Origin: Alteromonas sp. | GTDB taxonomy: Bacteria > Margulisbacteria > Marinamargulisbacteria > UBA6595 | NCBI GenBank assembly: GCA_964220215.1 | Contig: CAXPTH010000023.1 | Coordinates: 7,943 to 71,942, forward strand | DNA: 64,000 nt | Reading direction: 5' to 3' | In this document: positions 39,316 to 49,192 of the stretch, piece after piece | Layout of the letters: the number at the start of each line of letters is the position of its first letter | How positions within the stretch are numbered: the first letter of the stretch is position 1 | Notes under the pieces: model-generated | Told to the model about the DNA's origin: nothing | Database searches by the model: none | Seen by the model: only the letters and a program-made list of their open reading frames with translations | Program-made: the position numbers and the translations under genes

Positions 39316-39427
39316 TAATTATCTCAACTTAAACTCTCTACTTATAAAAACTTTAAAATCATCAAGTCATTGCCATTGCACTGGGCAACTTAATTTTGAC
39401 TTGAAATGCTAAAAATCAAGTTTGTTA

Positions 39428-39456
39428 ATAGTAGCGCACATTTAAAGAGATTGCAA
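39428..39456 (-). promoter_or_regulatory. Sigma70 promoter TTGCAA-N17-TACTAT for the rplC operon
   Basis: 17-nt spacer, about 110 nt upstream of rplC. Confidence 0.6.
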
Positions 39457-39469
39457 GCCCCAAAAAATT

Positions 39470-39498
39470 TTGGCGAACAAAATTCTGTATGGTATAAC
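39470..39498 (+). promoter_or_regulatory. Sigma70 promoter TTGGCG-N17-TATAAC (extended -10) for bioA
   Basis: TGG-TATAAC about 40 nt upstream of the bioA ATG. Confidence 0.5.
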
Positions 39499-39540
39499 TA
39501 TGAAATAATTATTAATAAAATAACCAAAGAAATCTAAAAA

Positions 39541-40872
39541 ATGACAAAATTAAAATCAAACTCAACGCTTATTGAAAAAGATCTCGCTTACAACTGGCAC
39601 CCATTTACTCAAATGAAACATCACGAAACCCATCCACCTATACCCATTAAAGGGACGGACGGCTGTTACTTGATTGATATGGACAATAATCGTTACTTGG
39701 ATACCATTTCAAGCTGGTGGTGCACCATCCATGGACACAATCATCCGGCTATTGTTCATGCGCTATCCACACAAGCAAAAACAATGTGCCATACCCTGTA
39801 TGCCGGCACGACCCATCAACCCGTTGCAGACCTCTCTGAAAAACTCGTTGCCATCACACCCAAGGGGTTGGATCGCGTATTTTATACAGACAATGGATCA
39901 ACAGCCATCGAAATGGCCTTGAAATGCTCAGTGGCTTATTTTAAACGAAAAGGATACAGTCAAAAAACCCGATTTGTATCTTTAGAGCATGGGTACCATG
40001 GCGATACCTTGGGCTGCATGAGTGTTAGCCATGTCTCTGAGTTCAATCAAGAATTTAGCGCCTTGGCCACGCCTGCCATTAAAATTCCAGTCCCCATTGA
40101 ATTCAACAAGCCAGACCAACTGAATATGAATGGCTTTATTACCTATTGCGCCAACGTGTTTTCTGGATTCTTAAAATCCAATAACAATGAAGTGGCCGCA
40201 TTGGTTGTTGAACCCCTGCTGCAAGCTGCCGGCGGATTTCGCATGTATCCGCCACAGTTTTTAGATATGTTGGGCAACCTCTGCGCCAATTACAACGTGC
40301 ATTTAATTGTAGATGAAGTGGCAACCGGATTTGGACGCACTGGCCGGTACTTTGCCGTTGACCATGTCCCCAACTTAAACCCGGATTTCTTGTGTTTATC
40401 CAAAGGCCTAACCTCCGGCACCCTCCCTCTGGCCGCCACATTAACAACCCAAAAAATATACGACGCCTTTTATGATGACTCAAAATCAAACATGTTTGCT
40501 CACGGACATACCTACTGCGCCAATCCCTTAGGCTGTGCTGTGGCATTGGCTACATTGTCTTTGTTTGAAACCGATCGCACGCTGGACCATGTTGCGAAAC
40601 TCAGCGCAATGCTGGATAGCAAACACGCCCAATTTAATGCCATTCAGGGGGTCCTGAATACTCGGCAATTGGGCAGCATTTTTGCAATGACCATTCCGAG
40701 CCTACCCAACATTCATACTGAATTGTGTACCCGCGGTCGCTCAGCCGGATTTTGGCTACGCCCACTGGGGGACACATTGTACTTTATGCCCCCCCTGAGC
40801 ATCCCGGTTAAAACCTATGAACATTTGGTCGATACCGTAGCTGAAATTTTGACGGACATTCTTCCTGCGTGA
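39541..40872 (+). CDS. bioA: Adenosylmethionine--8-amino-7-oxononanoate transaminase
   Basis: WHPFTQM, SSWW..HGH, YHGDT, DEVATGFGRTG, LSKGLT, HGHTY. Confidence 0.95.
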   Translation: MTKLKSNSTLIEKDLAYNWHPFTQMKHHETHPPIPIKGTDGCYLIDMDNNRYLDTISSWWCTIHGHNHPAIVHALSTQAKTMCHTLYAGTTHQPVADLSEKLVAITPKGLDRVFYTDNGSTAIEMALKCSVAYFKRKGYSQKTRFVSLEHGYHGDTLGCMSVSHVSEFNQEFSALATPAIKIPVPIEFNKPDQLNMNGFITYCANVFSGFLKSNNNEVAALVVEPLLQAAGGFRMYPPQFLDMLGNLCANYNVHLIVDEVATGFGRTGRYFAVDHVPNLNPDFLCLSKGLTSGTLPLAATLTTQKIYDAFYDDSKSNMFAHGHTYCANPLGCAVALATLSLFETDRTLDHVAKLSAMLDSKHAQFNAIQGVLNTRQLGSIFAMTIPSLPNIHTELCTRGRSAGFWLRPLGDTLYFMPPLSIPVKTYEHLVDTVAEILTDILPA

Positions 40873-40890
40873 TACAGTTCTGAAAGATCA

Positions 40891-41109
40891 ATGATTATTG
40901 TATTACTTATTATTCAAGTGTTATCCGGCCTACTCCTGATTACAGGTGTTTTGCTCCATCAGCCCAGTGGAGAAGGCCTTGGGGGCATGACTGGCCAATC
41001 GCGTGTATTTAATCATAGAAGCGGTCTTGAAAAGGGACTGAACCAATTCACAGCCACGGTGGCGGGTGTTTTTATGATTAGTTCGATTTTATTGGCCGTC
41101 ATTCAATAG
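40891..41109 (+). CDS. secG: Preprotein translocase SecG
   Basis: Two TMs, VLLH..GEGLGG..G, GLEKGLNQFT. Confidence 0.88.
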   Translation: MIIVLLIIQVLSGLLLITGVLLHQPSGEGLGGMTGQSRVFNHRSGLEKGLNQFTATVAGVFMISSILLAVIQ

Positions 41110-42603
41110 TTGATGCGAATCACTCGCATTGGCTGGATTCGTACCATCCTGATTTGGGCCTTTGCCTTTACCTGCGCCTCGGGATCTGTGACCATTAATC
41201 AAGTCCTACTTGTCGGCAATTCGGCGATTCCCTCTGCAGATATTTACACAGTCATCCAAACAAAACCCAATCAGGCACTCAATTTAAAAACCATGCGCAA
41301 TGATGTATCCAGCATTCGGGAATTATACGCGCGCAGCGGGCTGTCTTATGCCCGCATTTATGATATTCGTTATCCAAAAACCGGAACCGGTCCTTTAGAA
41401 TTTTATATTTCAGAGGGAATTGTTGACGCAATCACAATTACTGGAAACACCCGAACCAAAGACCATGTCATTTTAAGGGAAATGTACTTAAAGCCCGGCA
41501 TGACCTTAAATGAAAACCAATTAAAAACTGATTTGCGACGGATTTATAATTTAAATTTGTTTTCAGAACTCAACCCCGATATCAAGCCTGCTGACCAGAT
41601 CGGTCATTATACCGTTAATTTAAACTTAACCGAATCCCCACCAAGCTCCTTTAACTTGGGGGGTGGATACTCTGAACAATCCGGCTTTTTTATGTTTTCA
41701 GATCTCAAAACCGAAAACTTTATGGGCAATGGCCAACAGGTGTCCATGAAAGGCCAGTTCGGTAATGAAATTACCAACTACGAACTTCGTTTTCGAGAGC
41801 CTTGGATGTGGGACCCACGCCGATCCTTTAGCTATGGGGTGTGGCATCGAACCGGTCGCCTAGACGTCTTTTCCACCAGCACAACCCGATCGTTTAATAG
41901 CAATCAAGTGAGTACCGGTATGGACATGGGATTTGGCATCCCGATTAATTACGAAACCATGCTCCACCATACGGTTAAGTACGAAGTTGTCCAACGTAAA
42001 AATGATCCAACCAATGACTATATCATTCAAAGCTATGCCCTTCAGTTATCCCACGACACCCGCGATGTTTGGTTTGCCCCACGATCCGGACACTATGCGT
42101 CTATTCGGACTGAAAAAGCCTTTGAAACACGGGATAAAACATTGAATTTTGAAAAATACGATCTATCGCTAAAACAGTTTTTTCCAACATTTACAAAGCA
42201 AGCCATCGGTATTCGGTTAGACCTGGGCTACCTAGAAGGAAAAGATCAAGCGCGCAGCAGCTCCTTATTTGGTTATATTGTAGGTAGTCAAAGCACCGTT
42301 CGTGGCTACCAAAATTACTTTTCATTTGGATCGAGACGCCTATTAACCAGCCTGGAGTATCGGTGGATGCTCAACTACTTTGTACAACTCAACGTATTTG
42401 TTGATGCCGGTGCCGCCGATACCGTCGTGGATGAACAGGGGCGCATTATCGGCACACAATCCATTTATGACATTGAGCAATGGCGATACGGAAAAGGGTT
42501 TGGCATTAATATCCGATCCCCTATTGGGCCATTAAAATTTGACTTTGCAAACAATGATCAAAATATTTGGATCATCCAATTCAATTTTGGGCAGTCCTTT
42601 TAA
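41110..42603 (+). CDS. Omp85/BamA-family outer membrane protein
   Basis: Signal peptide, POTRA domains (GNTRTKDHVILRE), barrel with TVRGY, SPIGPLKFDF and C-terminal FGQSF. Confidence 0.9.
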   Translation: MMRITRIGWIRTILIWAFAFTCASGSVTINQVLLVGNSAIPSADIYTVIQTKPNQALNLKTMRNDVSSIRELYARSGLSYARIYDIRYPKTGTGPLEFYISEGIVDAITITGNTRTKDHVILREMYLKPGMTLNENQLKTDLRRIYNLNLFSELNPDIKPADQIGHYTVNLNLTESPPSSFNLGGGYSEQSGFFMFSDLKTENFMGNGQQVSMKGQFGNEITNYELRFREPWMWDPRRSFSYGVWHRTGRLDVFSTSTTRSFNSNQVSTGMDMGFGIPINYETMLHHTVKYEVVQRKNDPTNDYIIQSYALQLSHDTRDVWFAPRSGHYASIRTEKAFETRDKTLNFEKYDLSLKQFFPTFTKQAIGIRLDLGYLEGKDQARSSSLFGYIVGSQSTVRGYQNYFSFGSRRLLTSLEYRWMLNYFVQLNVFVDAGAADTVVDEQGRIIGTQSIYDIEQWRYGKGFGINIRSPIGPLKFDFANNDQNIWIIQFNFGQSF

Positions 42604-42651
42604 ATTTGGCGTACCCAGGCATACTTAAAACTGGTATACTAAGAACTACTT

Positions 42652-44508
42652 ATGGGACAGTTAGACCGCATCCACTCTGTTAGCGATTTACGCACATTAT
42701 CGCAATCTGATTTGCAAACTCTAGTCAGCGAACTTCAAGAATTTTTAGTCGCCTTGGGTGAACAGTGCGGGGGTCATCTGGCCTCAAACTTGGGGGTTAT
42801 TGAGCTGACCCTTGCCTTGCATTTGGTCTTTGATACCCCGCAAGACAAATTGGTGTGGGATGTATCGCATCAATGCTACATTCATAAATTGCTCACCGGC
42901 CGTCGTCACGATTTGTTTAGCATTCGACAATACAACGGCTTATCGGGCTTTGCCAAAATGGCTGAAAGTCCCCACGATAGCTTCGGCGCTGGCCATGCCG
43001 GCACCGCACTGTCTGCCGCTTTGGGGATGGCCCATGCTCGGGACCTCGCTGAAGACGACCACGCCGTGATTAGTATCATGGGCGATGGCACACTGTCCAA
43101 CGGCATGGTCTTTGAAGCCCTCAATAACATCGGAAATTTAAATACTAATTTTATTTGCATACTCAATGACAATGATATGTCGATTTCAAAACCAACGGGT
43201 AGTTTAGCCACCTACATGACCCAACTCAGAACCTCAAAAGCCTATGATTTAATTTGGAAAAAAACGGATCAGCTGTTATCCAAAATGCCCACCATTAGCC
43301 AGCCCTTGACGCAACGCATTGAAAAAGCACTCAGCCACTTTCGGGACTTGGTCTTAAATGTCAAAGTGGATGTGCTATTCGAAGAATTTGGATTCAAATA
43401 CCTTGGGCCCTTGGACGGGCATGACCTGCCCACATTGGTGACAACCTTGCAATATGCCAAAACATACCCGGGGCCCATTATGATTCACATTGTTACGAAA
43501 AAAGGCAACGGTTATGCCAAGGCTGAAGCGGATCCCTTGCGCTACCATGGCGTATCCCCCAAAAAGAAGGCCAGCGCACCCCCACAAAAAACGTACAGTC
43601 AATTATTGGGAGACACCCTCATTGACATTGCCAAGCAAACCCCTGAGCTTGTGGTGGTCACACCCGCCATGGCTGTTGGCAGTGGCTTGGTGAGCTATAG
43701 CGAACAATTTCCCAAACAATTCATTGATGTGGGCATTGCGGAAGAACATGCCGTCACGTATTGCGCCGGAATTGCAAGCAATGGCGGCATCCCGGTCTTA
43801 GCCATTTATTCCACGTTCCTACAACGGGGCTATGATCAATTAATTCACGATGTTTGCTTGCAACAGTTGCCGGTTATTTTTGCCATTGATCGCGCTGGGT
43901 TGGTCGGCGAAGACGGGCCGACCCATCATGGGGTGTTTGATTACGCGTTCATGCTCTCTATTCCCAATTTGGTCATCTTAGCCCCTAAAGACGGCACCGA
44001 ATTGGCTGCCATGCTTTGGTGGGCCACCCAACAACGCGACACCGCTGTGGCCATTCGGTATCCCAAAGGCGTTGCCCCGAGCCTACCCGTATCCCCACGC
44101 CCATTTGCTCACCCATCGGCTGAAGTGTTGCTCGACACGGAATCGCCATCGATTGTTTTGATTGCGATTGGCAGCTTAGTCCCCACAGCCTATGCCATTG
44201 GCACGGCATTATCGGATCAAGGGCATCGAATCGCCGTGATTAATTTGCGATCGGCCAAGCCGTTGGACACCGATTGCTTAACCCCCTACATGGATGCCGC
44301 CGACCATGTGTTTGTGCTCGAAGAAGGCACTGAAATTGGCGGGGTTGGCAGCTACATTCGCCAGCAGTATTACACACGCACGGCCATGATTCATACAATT
44401 GGCATTCCCGATCGATTTATTGATCATGGGAAAAATAGCGAATTGCATGCAGACGTTGGTTTATCTGAATCGGCGATTCACGACCGAATTGTATCGGTAC
44501 TAGCATGA
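42652..44508 (+). CDS. dxs: 1-deoxy-D-xylulose-5-phosphate synthase
   Basis: GGHLASNLG, WDVSHQ, GDG..NDN, IAEEHA, DRAGLVGEDGPTH. Confidence 0.97.
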   Translation: MGQLDRIHSVSDLRTLSQSDLQTLVSELQEFLVALGEQCGGHLASNLGVIELTLALHLVFDTPQDKLVWDVSHQCYIHKLLTGRRHDLFSIRQYNGLSGFAKMAESPHDSFGAGHAGTALSAALGMAHARDLAEDDHAVISIMGDGTLSNGMVFEALNNIGNLNTNFICILNDNDMSISKPTGSLATYMTQLRTSKAYDLIWKKTDQLLSKMPTISQPLTQRIEKALSHFRDLVLNVKVDVLFEEFGFKYLGPLDGHDLPTLVTTLQYAKTYPGPIMIHIVTKKGNGYAKAEADPLRYHGVSPKKKASAPPQKTYSQLLGDTLIDIAKQTPELVVVTPAMAVGSGLVSYSEQFPKQFIDVGIAEEHAVTYCAGIASNGGIPVLAIYSTFLQRGYDQLIHDVCLQQLPVIFAIDRAGLVGEDGPTHHGVFDYAFMLSIPNLVILAPKDGTELAAMLWWATQQRDTAVAIRYPKGVAPSLPVSPRPFAHPSAEVLLDTESPSIVLIAIGSLVPTAYAIGTALSDQGHRIAVINLRSAKPLDTDCLTPYMDAADHVFVLEEGTEIGGVGSYIRQQYYTRTAMIHTIGIPDRFIDHGKNSELHADVGLSESAIHDRIVSVLA

Positions 44509-45233
44509 GAAAAACACAACTGAGCGTTAATATTAATAAAATTGCACTCCTAAGAAATTCCCGTGGCGATAATCGCCCCAATTTGCTGTATACCAGCACC
44601 TTTATTTTATCGATTCCAGGGGTCGCTGGCCTCACCGTACACCCACGCCCAGATGAACGCCATATTCACTACCAAGACGTGCGTGAATTGAGCCATCTAA
44701 TTCGGGATCACTATCCCGATCATGAACTCAATGTTGAGGGGTATCCATCGGATACGTTTTTAGAACTGATTGCAGACACCCGCCCCCACCAAGTCACGCT
44801 TGTCCCGGACCCACCCGACGCCTTGACGTCCTCGTTTGGCTGGGATTTGGTCAAGGATTATGACTACTTAGCCCCCATCATTAAGACGATTCAAGCCTAC
44901 GCACGGTGCTCGCTGTTTTTAGACCCCAACGCCGATATAACCCCCTTACCGGATCTAAACCCGGATCGTGTTGAATTGTATACCTATGACTATGCGCATG
45001 GGTATCCCGCTAACCGAGAAACCGCCATTGCTCCCTATGCAGACATCGCCCGCCGCATTAATGCGCTGGGCATTGGGCTAAACGCCGGGCATGATTTAAA
45101 TCAAACCAACTTGCCATTTTTTTTAAACACGATTCCAACCGTATTGGAAGTCTCTATTGGGCATGCCTTACTATGCGATGCCTTGGATGCCGGTTTGGAA
45201 CAAACCATTCGGGCGTATGTTCCGGGGACTTAG
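44505..45233 (+). CDS. pdxJ: Pyridoxine 5'-phosphate synthase
   Basis: LSVNINKIALLRNSR, TVHPRPDERHI, NAGHDL, EVSIGHAL. Confidence 0.95.
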   Translation: MRKTQLSVNINKIALLRNSRGDNRPNLLYTSTFILSIPGVAGLTVHPRPDERHIHYQDVRELSHLIRDHYPDHELNVEGYPSDTFLELIADTRPHQVTLVPDPPDALTSSFGWDLVKDYDYLAPIIKTIQAYARCSLFLDPNADITPLPDLNPDRVELYTYDYAHGYPANRETAIAPYADIARRINALGIGLNAGHDLNQTNLPFFLNTIPTVLEVSIGHALLCDALDAGLEQTIRAYVPGT

Positions 45234-45675
45234 TTGGCTTAAATACCCCTTTCGATTTTGCCTGCGCATCATCCGCGATGTTGACGGGGTCTTTAGTTGG
45301 CTAACCGACACCGCATGCCGGATATGCTTTAAGCCTCAGTATACCCTTGCGGGGCACTGCAAAAAACGGGGAGTCTGTTGCCATAACATTGGCATTTGGA
45401 TGCGACCCGAATTGGCACAGTCCCGCTGGTTTCTTCGATGGATCACGTGGTGGTATACCTTTGTATACAACTTCACAAGCAAGGGCATGGACGACTCGGG
45501 CACACTGATGCTGTTTCGCTGCAATTATTTAAAAAATAACCAATGCAGCATTCATTGGCGACGGCCGTTCATCTGCCGGCAATACCCCATTCGCTACTAC
45601 TTTAAAAAACCCGTGATGCTACCCGGCTGCGGCTATCGCATTGTTGAATCCGAATCGAAGCAATCAAAGCTCTAA
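45217..45675 (+). CDS. YkgJ-family cysteine-cluster protein
   Basis: CKKRGVCC...C.YL...CSIH..RPFICRQYP...CG; probable ATG at 45217. Confidence 0.75.
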   Translation: MFRGLSWLKYPFRFCLRIIRDVDGVFSWLTDTACRICFKPQYTLAGHCKKRGVCCHNIGIWMRPELAQSRWFLRWITWWYTFVYNFTSKGMDDSGTLMLFRCNYLKNNQCSIHWRRPFICRQYPIRYYFKKPVMLPGCGYRIVESESKQSKL

Positions 45676-45683
45676 TGCAGTGA

Positions 45684-46967
45684 TTAAACCTGCGCCGGTT
45701 GTCCTATTACAACCGGTTGTAGCTGCGAATTTGAATCCGATGTCGAATGCGGAGTTGAATCCGATGGCGAATGTTGGTCTAGCGCTCTTTCTCGATTGGG
45801 ACTGCACCGATAAGCCGTAAGCCCAAGCACACTCAGCACACTCAGCCCTAGTAAACCGCATCCAATAATCAACAGTGTGTTGTCCGCATCATCATCTGTC
45901 TCAGGTTTTGAGCCAGCAAGTACTGAATCTATAAATGCTGAGTCTGGGAATTGAATCGGATCACTACTATTGTGTACCCATATAACCACCCGTTGTACCT
46001 CACCATTATCTGAACGAGTTTTGTCAAAGTAAACTGGAACATTCACATAAATTCTATGGCCAACATCGTCATGGTTAGGGACGTATGTATCCCCTTGACC
46101 AACAACCTTCAGTTCACCACTGCTTGACTTTGAATACCAAATGGGAAGCCCTATGTAATCCGGTCTCGATGCTTCATCATCAAATGATATCATCATCCCC
46201 ATTGGATTGCCCCATCTAGACTCACCTGAAATCGATATCTTCAGTTTTGGATATGGAAAGTCTATGTACCCTAAAACAGACCCATCCGGACCTATAGTAA
46301 TCCAACCATATTCTGAATTTTTTGGAGTTTTTGAAACAAGCGTCAAATTACCGAGCGATGATGAAACTGTACCTACTAAAACAGGCGTGCCGGATACATC
46401 CAGAAAGACCCCCCCTCCAGAATCGCCTTTTTTTGCTCCCCCGGGTGAATTTACAATAATAGTGTCTTGAAATTCCTCTGAAACACCGTCATCTTTAACT
46501 ACAGTCCCTGATAAAGGCTCTTGTGAACCATAGCCTTCAATAATAACAGTTGTGCCCGCTGGCAGATCAAATCCAGCAACCGGAACTCCCGGTGGGCAGG
46601 CCTTCGATTGTAAAGGCACTCCAGGTTGCGGCTCCCCCTTGCCTCGCCTATCTTGAGTGCCTGGTTGTGAGGTGGGCTGTGGTATTGGCACCGGATCCAT
46701 CGTAATACGAAGAAAGTCAGACCAGGGTGAATGCCTATCCTTAACATTCCAAGAACCAGCCACTTTGCCCTTTGAGTCTGGATCCAGACAATGTTTAGCG
46801 GATGCAGCCTCACAGCCCCCTGTAACATGAAGAACCGGAGCCACTGAACAACGACCCGATGGTAATTGATACAGAACCGTATGTCGAAGCGAACCATCTG
46901 CCGGTTTACCACCTGCCGATCCTACAAGGCATGCAAATAAAACCCCTCGTTTTAAATCAAGACGCAC
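45684..46967 (-). CDS. Putative membrane-anchored trypsin-like serine protease with an Ig-like domain
   Basis: Signal peptide; SAKHCL (His), SDFLRI (Asp), GDSGGG (Ser); TYVPNHDDVGHRIYV; C-terminal TM and Ser-rich tail. Confidence 0.65.
   Translation of the reverse strand: MRLDLKRGVLFACLVGSAGGKPADGSLRHTVLYQLPSGRCSVAPVLHVTGGCEAASAKHCLDPDSKGKVAGSWNVKDRHSPWSDFLRITMDPVPIPQPTSQPGTQDRRGKGEPQPGVPLQSKACPPGVPVAGFDLPAGTTVIIEGYGSQEPLSGTVVKDDGVSEEFQDTIIVNSPGGAKKGDSGGGVFLDVSGTPVLVGTVSSSLGNLTLVSKTPKNSEYGWITIGPDGSVLGYIDFPYPKLKISISGESRWGNPMGMMISFDDEASRPDYIGLPIWYSKSSSGELKVVGQGDTYVPNHDDVGHRIYVNVPVYFDKTRSDNGEVQRVVIWVHNSSDPIQFPDSAFIDSVLAGSKPETDDDADNTLLIIGCGLLGLSVLSVLGLTAYRCSPNRERALDQHSPSDSTPHSTSDSNSQLQPVVIGQPAQV
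45731..45773. repeat. 24-bp-period duplication encoding HSPSDST/HSTSDSN
   Basis: ttgaatccgatgtcgaatg ... ttgaatccgatggcgaatg. Confidence 0.75.
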
Positions 46968-46973
46968 CCAATG

Positions 46974-47002
46974 ATTTTATCTAAAAACCATTGGATTGTC
47001 AA
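46974..47002 (-). promoter_or_regulatory. Sigma70 promoter TTGACA-N17-TAAAAT, 6 nt before the GTG start (leaderless)
   Basis: Near-perfect consensus; no room for a Shine-Dalgarno sequence. Confidence 0.7.
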
Positions 47003-47020
47003 TTTTTAATAAAAAATTTT

Positions 47021-49192
47021 TCATACCAAACTCAATGGCGCATACTTGAGCATTACTGTGCGTTGTGTGGCCCCAAACTGGATCACCGCCATGGCCTCCA
47101 CACCCTCTCCAGAGAGCGACACCACCCGGCCACGGCCCCAACTGCTGTGCATCACCTCATCATTCACACACACCGACAGCGGCGCCGATGCACTATAGCC
47201 CGACGCAGCGGTACTGGCCATGCGATCGGCATCCCCGCCGTCAATTGTATAGACATCCGGATCAAACCGATCCGCCAAATGCCGCCGATACTGAGCCAGC
47301 GATGGGGATAACCGAATGCGCAACACACTGGGATCCATTTCACTTAAAAACCGAGACGGTTCGTTGTACTGCGAATTGCCAAACAACAGGCGATGCTTCG
47401 CCCCCACCAACACCAACTGCTGCCGCGCCCGGGTCATGGCAACATAACACAACCGCCGCTCTTCTTCCAAATCCGAATCCCCCTGCAAGGCCCGATAATG
47501 CGGCAACAACCCTTCTTCCATCCCCACAATAATAACCCCATCAAATTCCAACCCCTTCGCATGGTGCATCGTCATTACCGTAACCGCCGCAGACTCGGAT
47601 GCCCACGAATCAATGTCCGACATCAAGGCCACCTGATTGAGAAAATCGCCCAAGGGTTCATCGCTGTGCTGGGCCATCCCCACAAACTCCTGACAGTTTT
47701 GGTATCGGTCCTGAGCATCCGAACTCGGGTCGGCCAATAGCGCCGCCGCATACCCCGACTGCTCAAACACATGCTGCACAATGGCGCCCACACCCGCCGT
47801 CTGGCTTTGCGCCACCGCAGCATCCAACATCTGACAAAAATTGTGGGCCTGCGCCTGCTGCTTGCTGGACAACCGGACCATCCCATCCCGAAGCACCTGC
47901 ACAATGGGAATGCCACTGTGCGTGGCAACATCGTTAAGCTTTTGCACCGTCGTGGCACCTATGCCCCGAGACGGCGCCCCAATCGCACGTTTAAACGCAT
48001 AGCGATCCGATGGATTGTGCACCAAACGCAAATAGGCAATCAAATCTTTAATTTCTTTGCGATCATAAAACCGAACGCCGCCCACAATCGCATAGGGCAC
48101 TTGGTGACTCATCAAGGCTTCTTCAATCACCCGACTTTGGGTATTTGTCCGCATTAAAATAACCATCTGATCCATCGCCATCCCACTCGCCGACCACGTT
48201 TGCAAGGTCCGAATGGCATGCACCGCTTCCTCCCGCTCATCCCCAGCCAAATAATACTGAATCGGCTCCCCAGGATCGTTGTCGGTCCATAGGCGTTTTT
48301 CATGCCGCTGGGTGTTGTGTTGAATCACGCTGTTGGCCGCCGTTAAAATACGCTGCGTCGACCGATAGTTTTGTTCTAAATAAACTTTTTCAACCGACTT
48401 GAAATCCGTTTCAAAAGCCAGCATGTGCTGCACATCCGCCCCTCGCCAGGTATAAATGGTTTGGTCAAAATCCCCCACCACACACACATCCGGACGATCC
48501 CCCACCAACAACCGCGTCAGCGCATATTGGCATTGGTTCACATCCTGGTACTCGTCCACAATAATATACTGAAACCGATCCCGATACAGCGTTAATACCG
48601 TTGGGTGCTCGCGCAACAATTGCACGGCATACAAAAGCATGTCATCAAAATCTATCGCATTTTGCTGAATCAGCGCAGCTTGATACGCCTCATAGAGGGC
48701 CACCATGTGCCGGTCATACAACGGATGCTGGGTGGCTTGGCGAAACTGATCTGGCCAATAGCCATCGGTTTTAATGCGGCTAATCAGCCCCACCCACTGG
48801 CCCGGAGTTAACGTTCGATTCACCGAAATGGTTTTCAAACACTCTTTGATAATGGCTTGTTGGTCTTGGCTATCAAAAATAACAAATTGATTGTCTCGCC
48901 CCAAATGATGGAACGACTCGCGCAGCATCATCCCACACAGACCATGAAAGGTACTCATGGTGGGCAAGGCCGACGCAAATCCCAGCCGGTTTTTCACGCG
49001 CTGCTTTAATTCATTGGCTGCCTTATTGGTAAACGCTATCGCCAAAATATGCTGCGGCAGCCTATACCCCGTTTCAATGAGCCGATGAATCTTTTCAACA
49101 ATCACAGTCGTTTTGCCCGCACCCGCCCCAGCGACAACCAATAACGGCCGCCCGGAACTGGCCAATACGGACGCTTGTCGCTCATTTAACAT
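47021..49192 (-). CDS. pcrA: UvrD/PcrA DNA helicase
   Basis: AGAGAGKT, VDEYQD, LEQNYRS, HHAKGLEF, EERRLCYVAMTRA, C-terminal Tudor-like domain. Confidence 0.95.
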   Translation of the reverse strand: MLNERQASVLASSGRPLLVVAGAGAGKTTVIVEKIHRLIETGYRLPQHILAIAFTNKAANELKQRVKNRLGFASALPTMSTFHGLCGMMLRESFHHLGRDNQFVIFDSQDQQAIIKECLKTISVNRTLTPGQWVGLISRIKTDGYWPDQFRQATQHPLYDRHMVALYEAYQAALIQQNAIDFDDMLLYAVQLLREHPTVLTLYRDRFQYIIVDEYQDVNQCQYALTRLLVGDRPDVCVVGDFDQTIYTWRGADVQHMLAFETDFKSVEKVYLEQNYRSTQRILTAANSVIQHNTQRHEKRLWTDNDPGEPIQYYLAGDEREEAVHAIRTLQTWSASGMAMDQMVILMRTNTQSRVIEEALMSHQVPYAIVGGVRFYDRKEIKDLIAYLRLVHNPSDRYAFKRAIGAPSRGIGATTVQKLNDVATHSGIPIVQVLRDGMVRLSSKQQAQAHNFCQMLDAAVAQSQTAGVGAIVQHVFEQSGYAAALLADPSSDAQDRYQNCQEFVGMAQHSDEPLGDFLNQVALMSDIDSWASESAAVTVMTMHHAKGLEFDGVIIVGMEEGLLPHYRALQGDSDLEEERRLCYVAMTRARQQLVLVGAKHRLLFGNSQYNEPSRFLSEMDPSVLRIRLSPSLAQYRRHLADRFDPDVYTIDGGDADRMASTAASGYSASAPLSVCVNDEVMHSSWGRGRVVSLSGEGVEAMAVIQFGATQRTVMLKYAPLSLV

